64,000 bases of DNA from Mobula birostris (taxonomy: Eukaryota), in assembly GCF_030028105.1 (NCBI RefSeq), contig NC_092376.1:134476230-134540229 (forward strand), in the 5' to 3' direction. Below, in pieces: positions 25,792 to 38,125 of the stretch; position 1 is the first letter of the stretch; each line of letters starts with the position of its first letter. Made by a program: the position numbers and the translations under genes. The notes below the pieces were generated by a model. It was not told the DNA's origin, searched no databases, and worked only from the letters and a program-made list of their open reading frames with translations.

Positions 25792-26903
25792 TGTGTATTT
25801 AATATTTCAATAATATTTGAGTAATACTATAAATATATTGTTTAATTAAGCATTCTTTGTTGCTTGCATAATACATTGCATATTATCTGTAAAAGTATGG
25901 CAATGGCATACCTCATCACAGCACCATGTAATATATATGCGCCTCACTTAAAATTCCATAACAAACTAATGCACATGAGTTATCCCAGCTTCATTGTTTT
26001 CCTTTCTAGTTTTATGTTTATCATAACATGGACCACATCTACATCTTCACTATTTGAGATGCCACTCAATGATCGTAACCCTAGGTTTCCTGTCCATCAA
26101 ATGTCTTACTAGCTGTCCATTGAATTGCATTCTTTATCTTATACCATATTGATTGAATTTTTGTCATCAACTTCATACACTTTTGACACCTTTGACAAAT
26201 TTGGAGACAGCATGGTGCAGTGTTTCAACTTCGTATTGCATTTTAAAGAAGCTTAACGTAATCCTGAGGAACAGTAACTTATCATCTGACTAGACATATG
26301 AACATAAGATCTCCTCCTAGACTTAATATTCAGTTCCAAGATCTCTGATTTGTGGTCTTCTCGTCCTGCCTTATATATTTCAAACATTCTGTTATTTTAT
26401 TTTGCTTCTTTTTTTTTGCTGATTTAGTCACAATTAAATGTAGATGCATCATGCTGAAAGTTGTGAATTCTGAGTTAATTAAAATACTATACTTATAAAT
26501 CCCATGCTTCTTCTGCAGTAAATATTATGTGTAGACCTCAGATCATTGCAACTTGACTGGGGTTCCTGTAGTCCCCAAACCTTATTTGGGCTGCTCCTCT
26601 AATGAAGGGGCCTTTGCCCCCAAGTTTCCTCTCCTCTGCTTTTTTTTTCCATCAGCCCAATATACGACATTCATTTTTCTGCCATCCCACTCAGTTCTCA
26701 TGTCTGCCTTGCATTCATATCTGTATTCCACACTTGGTACACAAATATTGTGATTGTTATCCAACAAACAGCAGTGTCTGTGAAGCACATCAATCAGATT
26801 CCAGCATCATTTGAAAGGAGTAAACAACAATAATGGTTTCTTAACGCAAGGATATTTACATTTGTCCATTATTCTTGCAACTCCCAAATGGTAATGTCAT
26901 TAT

Positions 26904-27091
26904 ACACAATATGCACCAAATGCTGAGGAAGCTCAGAAGGTCAGGCAGCATCTATGAAGAGAAATAAAAAGTCAACATTTTGGGCTGAGACCTTTCATCA
27001 GCTCTCTTTATTCCTTTCCATAGATGCTGCCTGACTTGCTGAGTTCCTCCAGTATTTTGTATGTGTTAATCCACAGAATCTCTTGTGTTTA
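26904..27091. mobile_element. Older PLE-derived hairpin mini-element
   Basis: caggcagcatctatg / catagatgctgcctg inverted arms; left arm ends at ...tttcatcag (hammerhead core, minus strand). Confidence 0.7.
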
Positions 27092-27149
27092 TGCACCACA
27101 TCCACTAAGCATACAGAGATGCCTAAATTTTAACTTCTCAGCAACAAAA

Positions 27150-27900
27150 TATAGATGCATGAAAGCAGAAGTAGGAGAAGGTTATTCAGCCCATCGTGAC
27201 TGTTCCTCCATACAACATGATTAGAACTGATTATTTAAATTTAGAGGTTCTTTCTGTATTACCATCATGTCTCTTGATCACTTTAGCTATAAGATCTATG
27301 TATAACTTCTTGAACATATTTAATTGTAGATTAGTGATTCTGAAGGAAGGAAGTTGATTAATCATTAATCAACTATGATATATAATACACAGGTTTCCCA
27401 AATTCTAGGTGAAGAAATTTCTGTATGTCTCACTCCTATTTTCCTAGGCTAGGCCTCATGTTTCTGGTCTCCCTCTCAAATCAGGAATATCCTTCTTGCA
27501 TCTAGTCCGTCCAGTCCCAACAGGATTTTATAATTTTCAGTGAGGCCTCTTCTTATTCTTCTAAAACCTTCTAAATATAAGCCTCGTCTCTGTTCATACA
27601 TTGGTTCTGTAATACTAGGAATCAGCCTGCTGAGCTCCTGCTGCATTTTCACCATAGCAAGGTATCTTTCCTCAGTTAAAGGGAGCAAAAATACACATGC
27701 TCAATATCTGATACCACCCAGATCCTGTTTGATTGCATTAAGATATTCCTTTTCATGTACTCAAATCCTTTCACGATAAAGATCAACATTTGCTTTCTTG
27801 ATTGCCATTTTATCAGAATGCTCATTGTACAAGGACACCCAGGCTTCATTATATTATCTACTTTATATTGTATGTACCACAGATATGCTCACCTTCTCAA
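27150..27900 (-). mobile_element. Old CR1 3' fragment
   Basis: ORF 27476-27688 LYLEGFRRIRRGLTENYKILLGLDGLDARR is a decayed CR1 RT C-terminus. Confidence 0.75.
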
Positions 27901-28488
27901 TCTGTCCAAATCACACTGAAAGCTCTTTGCAATGTCCTTACAGGTCATACTCTCACTTGCTTTTTATGTCATTACAAATCAATAGATATTTCATTTAGAT
28001 CAAAAAGAAGAGACCATAAGACCATAAGATATAGGAGCAGAATTAGACCATTCGACCCATTGAATCTGCTCTCCCATTGTATCATGGCTGATCCATTTCC
28101 CTCTCAGCCTCAATCTCTTGTCTTCTCCCCACATCCTTTCATGCCCTGACTAATCAAGAATCTATCAACCTCTGTCTTAAATATACCCAATGACTTGGCC
28201 TCCGCAGCTGTCTGTAGCAATGAATTCCACAGATTCACCACTCTCTGGCTAAAAAAATCCCTCCTCATTTCCATTCTAAATGGATATCCCTCTATTCAGA
28301 ATCTGTGTCCTCTGGTCTTAGGTGCCCTCACTATAGTAGGCATCCCGTCCATATCCACTCTGTCAAGGCCTTTCAATATTTGATAGGTTTCAATGAGATC
28401 CCCCTCATTCTTCTAAATTCCAATGAGTACAGGCCAAAAGCCATGAAATGATTCTTACATAATAAACCTTTCTTTATCTGGATAATTT

Positions 28489-28580
28489 CTGAGTTGGATG
28501 ATCAGCCATGATCATAATAAATGGCGGTGCAGGCTCGAAGGGCCGAATGGCCTACTCCTGCACCTATTTTCTATGTTTCT
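28489..28580 (+). mobile_element. CR1 3' UTR-only insertion
   Basis: Almost identical to 20776-20877; TSD ataattt (28482-28488 / 28581-28587). Confidence 0.85.
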
Positions 28581-28687
28581 ATAATTTTCATGAAACTCCT
28601 TTGAACCCCAGGGGTGCAGTGCTAGCCTGAGCACACCCGGCACATCTTCAAGAAAAAAGCTGAACTAAACAAGCTAATTAATTAGGT

Positions 28688-29805
28688 AAACATGAGGAAA
28701 TCCGCAGATGCTGGAATTTCAATCAACACACATAAAAATTACTGGTGAACGCAGCAGGCAAGGCAGCATCTATAGGAAGAGGTACAGTTGACGCTTGGGG
28801 CTGAGACCCTTCATCAGGGTTAACTGAAAGAAGAGATAGTAAGAGATTTGGAAAGTGGGAGGGGGAGGGGGAGATCTGAAGTGATAGGAGAAGACAGGAG
28901 GGGGAGGGATGGAGCTGAGAGCTGAAAAGTTGACTGGCAAAAGGGATATGAAAGGATCATGCGACGGGAAGCCTAGGGAGAAAGAAAAGAGTGGGGGAGG
29001 GAAGCCCAGATGTTGGGCAAGGAATATAGTGAGAGGGACAGAGGGAGAAAAAGGAGAGAGAAAAAATATATATAATAATAATAAATAAATAACGGATGGA
29101 GTACAAAGGGCAGGTGGGACATTAACGGAAGTTAGAGAAGTCAGTGTTCATGCCATCCGGTTGGAGGCTATCCAGATGGAATATAAGGTGTTGTTCCTCC
29201 AACCTGAGTGTGGCTTCATCTTTACAGTAGAGGAGGCCGTGAATAAACATATCAGAATGGGAATGGGACGTGGAATTAAGATGTGTGGCCACTGGGAGAT
29301 CCCACTTTCTCTGGCAGACAGAGCATAGGTGTTTAGCAAAACGGTCTCCCAGCCTGCGTCGGGTCTCACCAATATATAGAAGGCCACATCAGGAACACCG
29401 CACGCAGTATCTCACACCAGCCGACTCACAGGTGAAGTGTCGCCTCACCTGGAAGGACTGCCTGGGGCCCTGAATGGTGGTGAGAGAGGAAGTGTAAGGG
29501 CATGTGTAGCACTTGTCCTGCTTACAAGGATAAGTGCCAGGAGGGAGATCAGTGGGGAGGGATGGGGGGGAACGAATGGACAAGGGAGTCGCGTAGGGAG
29601 CAATCCCTGTGGTAAGCAGAGGAAGGGGGACGGAAAGATGTGCTTAATGGTGGGATCCCGTTGGAGGTGGCGGAAGTTACTGAGAATTATATGTTGGACC
29701 TGGAGGCTAGTGGGGTGGGAGGGTGAGGACAAGGAGAACCCTATTCCTAGTGGGGTGGCGCGAGGATGGAGTGAGAGCAGATGTGCGTGAATCTATTTAT
29801 TTATT

Positions 29806-29863
<58 letters not shown>

Positions 29864-30185
29864 TTTTCTCCCTCTGTCCCTCTCACTATACTCCTTGCCC
29901 ATCCCCTGGGCTTCCCCCTCTCACTTTCTCTCTCCCTAGGCCTCCTGTCCCATGATCCTCTCATATCCCTTTTGCCAAACAACTTTCGAGCTCTCAGCTC
30001 CATCCCTCCCCCTCCTGTCTTCTCCTATCATTTCAGATCTCCCTCTCCCCCTCCCACTTTCAAATCTCTTACGATCTCTTCTTTCAGTTAGTCCTGACAA
30101 AGGGTCTCGGCCCAAAACATCGACTGTACCTCTTCCTATGGATGCTGCCTGGCCTGCTGCGTTCACCAGCAATTTTTATGTGTGT
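28688..30185 (-). mobile_element. Neptune-type Penelope-like element, 5'-truncated, with inverted pseudo-LTR
   Basis: Minus body 28688-29791 encodes GTYPCKQDKCYTC and the GIY-YIG region; inverted arm 29792-30185; 13-bp TSD taattaattaggt (28675-28687 / 30186-30198). Confidence 0.9.
29810..29861. repeat. (CT)n microsatellite within the PLE pseudo-LTR
   Basis: Directly visible; expanded relative to the opposite arm (about 29055). Confidence 0.95.
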
Positions 30186-30348
30186 TAATTAATTAGGTGC
30201 CGCCCTGGGTGATTTGAGTATCTCAGAAACTGCTGATCTCCTGGGAGTTTTACGCACAACAGACTCCGGAGTTTATAAAGAATAGTGCCAAAAACAAACA
30301 AAAAAAATCCAGCGAGTGGCTGTTCTGTGAGTGAAAACACCTTGCTAT

Positions 30349-30551
30349 ATTAGATTAGATTATGAAGACACTCAGTCCTCGTTTATTGTCATTTAGAAAT
30401 GCATACATTAAAAAATGATACAATGTTCCTCCAGAATGATATCACAAGAAACACAGTACAAATCAAGACTAAAACTGACTAAACCATATAATTATAACAT
30501 ATATTTACAACAGTGCAAAGCAATACCGTAATTTGATAAAGAGCAGACCAC
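30349..30551 (-). mobile_element. Rex/Babar-like or SINE 3' end in the centre of the hAT element
   Basis: Minus strand ends gacaataaac...(AATCT)n. Confidence 0.55.
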
Positions 30552-33500
30552 TGTATTTTTTTTTTGTTTTTGGCACCATTCTTTGTGAATTCCAGAGTCT
30601 GTTGTGCGTAAAAATCCCGGGAGATCAGCAGTTTCTGAGATACTCAAATCACCCGGGGTGGCACCTAATTAATTAACTTGTTTAGTTTGGCTTTTCTCTT
30701 AAAGATGTGCCAGGTGCGCTCCGACTAGCACTGCACCCCTGTTGAACCCTCTCTAATGTCAGCACATCCTTTATTAGGTAAAGGGCCCAAAAACTGCTCA
30801 CATTACTCTCAATGAGGCCTCAGCAGCACCTTATAAACCCTTAATATTACATCCTTGCTTTTATATTCTAATCCTCTCGAGATGAATGCTAACATGGCAT
30901 TTGCCTTCCTCACCACCGACTCAACCTGCAAATGATTAATCATTTTTATATTCAAGATTTCAAATTAAGTCCCATATTTTTGATTTGTATGCTACAAGAC
31001 AATATACTGTACCATTGTCAGATTGCCAATATCATGGGTTACAAATTAAGCAAACCAAACCCTAATATTGTATGTCTACTTTATGTATTGTGTGCTTTAA
31101 AAAAAGACAGTGGAAAATAATATGAAAATTCATATTGCATTGAATATTAATTGCTCTTAGAATTCTGCTGCCTTTTACACCAGCTTTGCTATATTTTTCT
31201 TGGCTCAATTCAATTGTATAACCTAACACACTCAAGTGGAAAATCTTTGTCCATATCTGTAAGTCTTATTATGCATTAAATTGATCTTTATTTGAAAAAC
31301 TATATTAGATTTGCTTAATGAATCTCTTTAGAGGCTAACTTTATTTAAGTGAGCTGCATTTTCTGAATGTTCACTAATAATTCCTTGAATTATTCATTCC
31401 AGGAATGGGCACAACTGGCATTAGACTAACTAATCAGCAATGGTTTATCATTGTTTCCCTGCTTGAACAGAGGTGCAATACACAATTTGCATATGTAAGG
31501 AGGTTTACATTTTATTCATAGAACAACTGCTGTCTTCCATTATAAATAATTTCAAAAATATATTTATATGAATTTGTCTTACCACAGCCTAAAATGAGCA
31601 GCACAAGAAAAGAATAATAAGACAGAAGTCCTTGGGATTATGAAGCATCTTTACATTCAAATGTGTCTCTCTCAATTACATGTAACTGCAGACTATGGCA
31701 CTGCACTTCATTAGAAGACCACAAATGTGGCCTATCTGATGGCTCCTTCTGCCTAACATCCTTGGACCAAGGGGAAACAAAAGTACTTCCATTCCCCTGA
31801 ATCGGAGCTGCTACCATTTCCTTGTTACAATAATGCCCTGCAAATTATGACATGTTGCAGCAGTGTTCCCAGAAAGGACCAACAGAAATACAGTTTTGAT
31901 TCCCACCAGGATTGTAATGGCCATCACTAATACAGTTCTGATTCTGCTCTGTAGTTTTGGCTATAGCATGTGACATGTCTCTGTCAGGATCACTTGAATA
32001 AGGTTGAATCCTAAAACAATGCTTCCTACTGAGATGCACATAGTAGGGAATTGCTTTGTGAACATCTTTGTTGAGTAGAGCCTTTTGCTGAGAGCCCTTT
32101 CCATATAAGAAGGGGTTGGCTCTATATCTGATTTTACCCAGCGTGCTGGACACTGAGGAACATTTTCCCAAACACTCATAGCTCAGCATAACAAGATTGA
32201 ATGGAGGTATGAAGTCACCTTTCTTCACAACTTTTTTTCTGCAGCATTAATCTGTCTAAACTTCAAACACTATCATGTTCTGAAAAAAGACGGTCAGTGG
32301 TTTACTCAAGCCAGCACTCTATTGATCAATCAACAACAAACTACAAGTAATTAATAATCCTTTCAAACAATTGAAGATGAGGGAGAACCTCTGACTTGTG
32401 TTTATAGCAAGGTACGTGCACCTTCACATCCTTCATCAAATGGAATCTGTTCCTGTGCATGTTCCAACAATATACATGTTGGAAAATCATTTTTTATCCC
32501 TTCTCTGTCATCTATATAGTAAATCATCCATATAAGAATAGCCTCCTGTTTATTTGATCTAATGACACTTTTGGCTGTACAATCTTGCTGTTTTACATGA
32601 ATTGGTGTGAATAGGTTTTGTAGTATGAGGAGATTATGTTGTGTTTTATTAAAAGCTTGAATTTGCAGAAACTGATTTCATTCAATACTGTGAATGGAAA
32701 ATGTAATCTTTCACATCCCATCTATTACTCATGGCTGCCTCGGTTACGTGAAAGAATTAACATGCACAAGGTGTAGCCAGTTCTGGATAAATTCTTTTCT
32801 TATTCAAACATGTATAGAAACTTTAAAAAGAGATAACAGGGACACGTGTGGTGAAAATGATTAAACTGCTATGAAGCTATTTGGCATAATGGAAAATTAA
32901 TGACAGACTAGATATAAAGGTTTGTCATTTAACGCAAAGGGTCTTTTTTTAGACAGTGAAATGATAGGACTGTGCCCAACCATACTATTGTTCATTCAAT
33001 TGGAGACATTAAATGATACTGATCTTGTGAAGTAATTCAACATCAAAGAGCAACGGAGTAATTTAAATTTGTTTTATACGTGGATTTGTCCCTGTAATGA
33101 AAATTGTTACAGTAGCTTGTCTGATTGGGCTCCTGCATGGTTCTTAATCATATGTTTTTAGGAAGACATCTGTCAATCAAGCTCAATATTCCACTGGGAT
33201 TATAAATAGAAAATGATGGAAATGGATATGGAGACTTAGGAATTTGTCTGCATAGTGGTGGGAAAAATTAGTGTCCCACAGACAATGGTCATGTCAATAT
33301 GGAATTAAGTAATTGTGTACATGCTTCTAGGAGAATGAATGCCAGGTATTTTTGGTACTAGATTTTGGTGTATCTGTGTTTCATTTTTCTGTTGTCCATT
33401 TCATCCAAAATAAATCTGGGGAAGTGATAACTATCTATCTCCAGCAATATTTCTATTGTATTATCTAAAATAACGATTGGCGATATCTCTCAGAGAGAGT

Positions 33501-33660
33501 AAAAAAAGAACAACTCTTTCTAATGCTGAAGGCACCAAATGAAAAATATTTGAGTGGTTGAACACAACTCTCCTGTAACTATTGTGGTGCATATTTATCT
33601 GTAAAACGAGCCTCATGTTTGCTTTGCAGACCCAATGGGCTGAATGACCTCATTCTAACT

Positions 33661-34905
33661 TATAAGACCATAAGATACAGGAACAGTATTAGGCCTTTTG
33701 GCCTATTGAGTCCTTTTCATCATGGCTGATCCATTTTTCCTCTCAGCCCCAACCCTGCCTTCTCCTCGTACCCCTTCATGCCCTAACCAATCAAGAATCT
33801 ATAAGCCTCTGCCTTAAATATAAATATGTCTCCACTGCTCCCTGTGCAAAGAATTCCACAGATTCACCACTCTCTGACTGAAGAAATTACTCCTTACCTC
33901 CATTCTAAAAGGATACCTCTCTACTCTGAGGCTGTGTGCCCTGGTTTTAGACTTTAGCACCATAAGAAGGATCCTCTCCACATTCACCCTATCAAGGCCT
34001 TTCACCATTTGATAGGTTTTAATGAGGTTATCCATCATTCTTCTGAACTCTAGTAAATACAGGCACAGAGCCATCAAACACTCTTCACATAGTATGTCAT
34101 TCAATCCTGGAATCATTTTTGTGAACCTCCTTTGAATCCTCTCCAAGTTTCAGAACGTCCTTTCTAATATAAGGGGCCCAAAAATGTTTGCAATACTCCA
34201 AATGCGGCCTCACCAGTGCTTTATAAAGTCTCAAAATTACACCTTTGTTTTTATATTCTAATACTCTTGAAATAAAAGCTAGCATCACATTTGCCTTGCT
34301 CACCGCATGCTTAACCTGCAAATTAATCTTTAGGGAATCCTGCACAAGGACTCCCCAAGTCCCTTTGTGCATCAGTATCTTCTCTCCATTTAGAGCATAG
34401 TCAGCCCATTCATTTCTTCTACCAAAGTGCATGACTATACACTTCCTGACACTGTTTCTATCTGCCATTTCTTTGTTCAGTCTCCTAATCTGTCTAAGTC
34501 CTTATGTAGCCTCTCTACTTCCTCAAAGCTACCCAGTCAGTCAGCAACTGTTTTATCCATGCTGGAATTTTTCCTGTAATACCATGGGCTCATACCTTGT
34601 TAAGCAGCCCTATGTGTGGCACCTTGTCAAAGGCCTTCTGAAAATCTATCTACACAACATCAACCAATTCTCCTTTGTCTATCCTGCTTGTTATTTCTTC
34701 AAAGATTTCCAACAGGTTTGTCAGACTTGCCCTTAAAATCTTGCTGACTAAGGCTTATTTTATCATATATCTCCAAGTACCCTGTGACCTCATCCTTAAT
34801 AATCAACTTCAACATCTTCCCAAACACTGAGGTCAGAATAACTAGTCTATAGATTCCTTTCTTCTACCTCTCCCCCTTCTCAAAGAGTGGATTGACATTT
34901 GCGTT
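33661..34905 (-). mobile_element. CR1 RT fragment with internal deletion
   Basis: ORFs 33814-34146 and 34097-34468 (ALVRPHLEYC, FFSQRVVNLWNSL); accataag tail. Confidence 0.9.
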
Positions 34906-35206
34906 ATGTTCAGTTTTCATCAGATGAGAAAGCAGTATGAAGGAGAAGGACATCTGACAAAAGGAATAGGTCTAACATTTAAGTTGGGTGAAAACTACGG
35001 TGATGAGGAAAATGATGAGAGTCATGCTCTCCTTAACACTTCTTCCAGGAACTACGTCCATGTGAAACACCCTTCCACAATGTTGTCTTCACTCACACAA
35101 ATTCACACAGATCAAAGCCAAAATTAAGTTAATCAACTAGCAGCAGGAGCTTACCTGATTTTGAGTCACTTCTTTGCTAACTATTACATCACAGGAATAA
35201 AAAAAT

Positions 35207-35505
35207 GGAAACATAGAAAATCTACAGCACAATACAGGTCCTTCAGCCCACAATGCCGTGCCAAAAATGTACTTACTTTAGAAATTACCTAGGGTTACCC
35301 ATAGCCCTTTATTTTTCTAAGCTGCATGTACCTATCCAAGGGTCTCTTCAAAATGCTATTGTATCCATCTCCACTACCATCGCTGACAGCCCATTCCATG
35401 CCCTCACCACCCTCTGCATAAAAAACTTACCCCTAACATCTCCTCTGTACCTACTTCCAAGCACCTTAAAATTATGCCCTCTCATGTTAGCCCTGGGAAA
35501 AAGCC
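35207..35505 (-). mobile_element. CR1 3' fragment
   Basis: aaacatagaaa tail and tacaggtccttcagccc 3' UTR motif. Confidence 0.8.
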
Positions 35506-35984
35506 TCGTATAATACGATGTTCAAATAATACAGTGGGAAGTTCATAACTTTTACAGAAATATCTGTGGAAATTGCTTGTCATAGATACTCTTGGACAAT
35601 GAGTCTGCTCCTGAGCATATTGTTCCTCAGAAGAATGTGCAGCTTTCCCTGAATTATCTGGAGGACGTTTTACCTTACCTTCTTTCACTATGGTGTTCAC
35701 TTCCTCGATGAATTTAGTCTATTGGTTGGATCATCTGTTACCCTAGGCAACATACCTGCTATATTTGGTTTTCCTAGGTGTTCTTCCAATCAACCAGTGA
35801 TGAACTTAATTTTTGTTTTGCTGGTGCTCATAGGGAATAGAGCATCCACACTGATCTCTCTCACTCCCCATTGAAACATTGAAGGAGTTGACATTCAATC
35901 TTCATTGTAATATGAAGTTTGCATAATGAAAATGAATTTCAGAAGTGGATTATTTTTATGTCTTTTATTACTAGGGATCTGCAA

Positions 35985-36930
35985 GTCTCTGGTAAGGCCA
36001 GAAGTTATTGCCCATCTCTAACCACCCATGAAAAAGTGATGGTGATCCACCTTCTTGAATTCCAGTAGGCCCTTTTGTGAGGTACAGTATCTCAGCAATG
36101 CTGCAGGGTACTGAGTTCCAGGGTTTAGGCACAATGACAATGAAGGACCAGCCATACATTTGCAAATCAGGTGAGCTAACTGAAGGGGAATCTAGAGGTG
36201 GTAGTTTTACTTGCCACAACATAACTAAATGCTGATCTGCCCTTGTAGCTGTATGATTATCATGGCTGCTCTGTGTTTATGATAATGGTGATTCCCAGGA
36301 TATTGACGGTGGGGAGTTGGTGATGGCAATTGCACTGAATATCAAGGATAGATGGTTAGCCTCTCTCCTGTTGCAGATGGTCAATACCTGACACTTCAGT
36401 GGAATGAGAATTAATTGCTATTCATCAATCCATGCATGAATATTGCCTACTCCATACAAATATAAACTGGTTCATTTACTGAGGATTTGTGAATAAAATT
36501 AAGCATTCAGCAATGATGTCCTTGGGCTAGAAAATTGTTCTCCAACAGTTATCAATATCTTCCTTTGTGGAAGCATTGCTCTAATGATGACAGACTTTAC
36601 TCCTTGATGTCCATTAAATGCAGTTTTCCCTGGGATCCTTGACATTGCATTTTGTCTAATGCTTCCAATGCCAGACACTCTCACCACTTATTTACAATTC
36701 AGTTCTTTGATGCAAGGCTGTGATGAGGTCTAAGGTTGAGTGGTCATGATGAAACACCAGCTGTACTATGGTAAGAAGGTACTTGGAGACTATTCGATAC
36801 CACTGATAATGACTCCCTCCATCATGCAACTGATGACGGAGTAGAAGTTTTAGATCATAGTTAGTTGAATTGGATTTGACCAGCTATTCGTGAGCAGGAT
36901 ATCCTTGAGTAATCTACATTGTCGGGTGGA
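35985..36930 (-). mobile_element. Old CR1/L2-group LINE relic (related pieces near 38400-38700, 46545-46680, 52975-53290)
   Basis: Shared ttattgcc...ggtgg/ggtga...ttcttgaa...ccagg 3'-end motif at several loci; heavily decayed. Confidence 0.5.
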
Positions 36931-36984
36931 GACTAGCATATCAGCAGGTCCACAACAGATGCCATTTCATTCTTTCTTCAATCA

Positions 36985-37360
36985 ACCCTAGAACATCTGG
37001 ACAGCAATGATGCATACATCAGGATGCTCCTTATTGACTGCAGTTTGGCATTCAATACTATCACCTCCTCAAAACTAAGCAATAAACTTCAAGACTTTGG
37101 CTTCAATACCTTGTGTAATTAGACCCTCGATTTCCTTACTTGTAGACCCCAGTCAATTTGGATTGGCAGCAACATCTTCTTCACAATCTCCATCAGCACA
37201 GGTGTACCACAAGGTTGTGTACTTAGCTCCCTGCTCCACTCACTTTACACTTTTGACTGTGTGGCTTTGTGGCTAAGCACAGCTCCAATGCCATATTAAA
37301 GTTTGCTGACGACACTTTCACAGGCCAAATCAAAAGTGGTGATGAATCAGCAGATAGGAG
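36985..37360 (+). mobile_element. Rex1/Babar RT fragment
   Basis: [37 protein letters not shown]. Confidence 0.85.
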
Positions 37361-38125
37361 TATTGTGTATTTAATATTTGAGTAATATTGTAAATATATT
37401 GTTTGATTAAGCATTGTCGGCTGTTTAAAAATTTTTTACAGGTTATATGTAAAAGTACATGAATAGTATACATCATGATGCTACCACATGATATATGTGC
37501 ACCTCCCTTAGAGTAAGAAACAGACTAAAACTTATATCTGTTGGGCTCCTGTCTTTTCCTTCATATTAACTTTACATGTTGGAGTTACAAAATATAAGAG
37601 TGGCGACAAGGTATTTTTAAAATGAACCTGAGATGACTTTGTACATGTTGAAGTACAGTAAGATGTTCAAGTTAAAAAAAAAAACTGCAGCATGATTTTT
37701 TTTTTGGAGCAATATGTTTTCATTGCAAAAGGGAAGGCATGATTGAGTAAAATAAGGCAGAAAAGAGAAGAATTCACAGGTTCTTAACCAGTGAGTGCCA
37801 GGTGATAATAATCATTAAAAAAACAGAAATAGCAGGCTACTTCAGAAAGATGGATGCATTTAAGTGCTCACTGGTTAACTGGCTCACCGAGCTAATTGAA
37901 CAGTATTTTGAAGCAAATGAAATAGCCAATGAGAAACAAGTACCAATTTTGCTGAGTGTATTGGTTTTAAAGGCATAGAGATTGCTTCGAAGTTTGACTG
38001 CTCCAACTAAACCAGCCAAAATGATCTTTGCTGATACTGTGAAAGTAATACAGGAATGTTTAGAACAGAAACCATTGTTGCTTTCAGAAAGATTTAGGTT
38101 TAATTAGTGAAATCAAAAGGAAGGG
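37361..38125 (+). mobile_element. Gypsy LTR + PBS + gag remnant
   Basis: Same LTR family as 13799 and 23944; PBS-like tggcgacaagg at 37601; YFEANEIANEKQVPILLS, LRSLTAPTKP. Confidence 0.8.

Larger units (their letters stand above)
23944..26028 (+). mobile_element. Internally deleted Gypsy element with two LTRs and an integrase 3' remnant
   Basis: 5' LTR about 23944-24480; integrase remnant (LAEWFVQSLKNAL, NFLLAY, SPAMLFL, LDLLKP); purine tract before tgttgtgt at 25365; 3' LTR to 26028. Confidence 0.75.
28609..30741. mobile_element. hAT-type fold-back non-autonomous element with about 190-bp inverted arms
   Basis: Termini CAGGGGTGCAGTGCTAG / CTAGCACTGCACCCCTG; 8-bp TSD ttgaaccc (28601-28608 / 30742-30749); arms 28609-28687 + 30199-30312 versus 30552-30741. 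Confidence 0.85.
28010..30932 (-). mobile_element. CR1 3' fragment hosting nested insertions
   Basis: (ACCATAAG)n tail at about 28012-28030; CR1 sequence resumes at 30742 in register with 28608. Confidence 0.85.
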
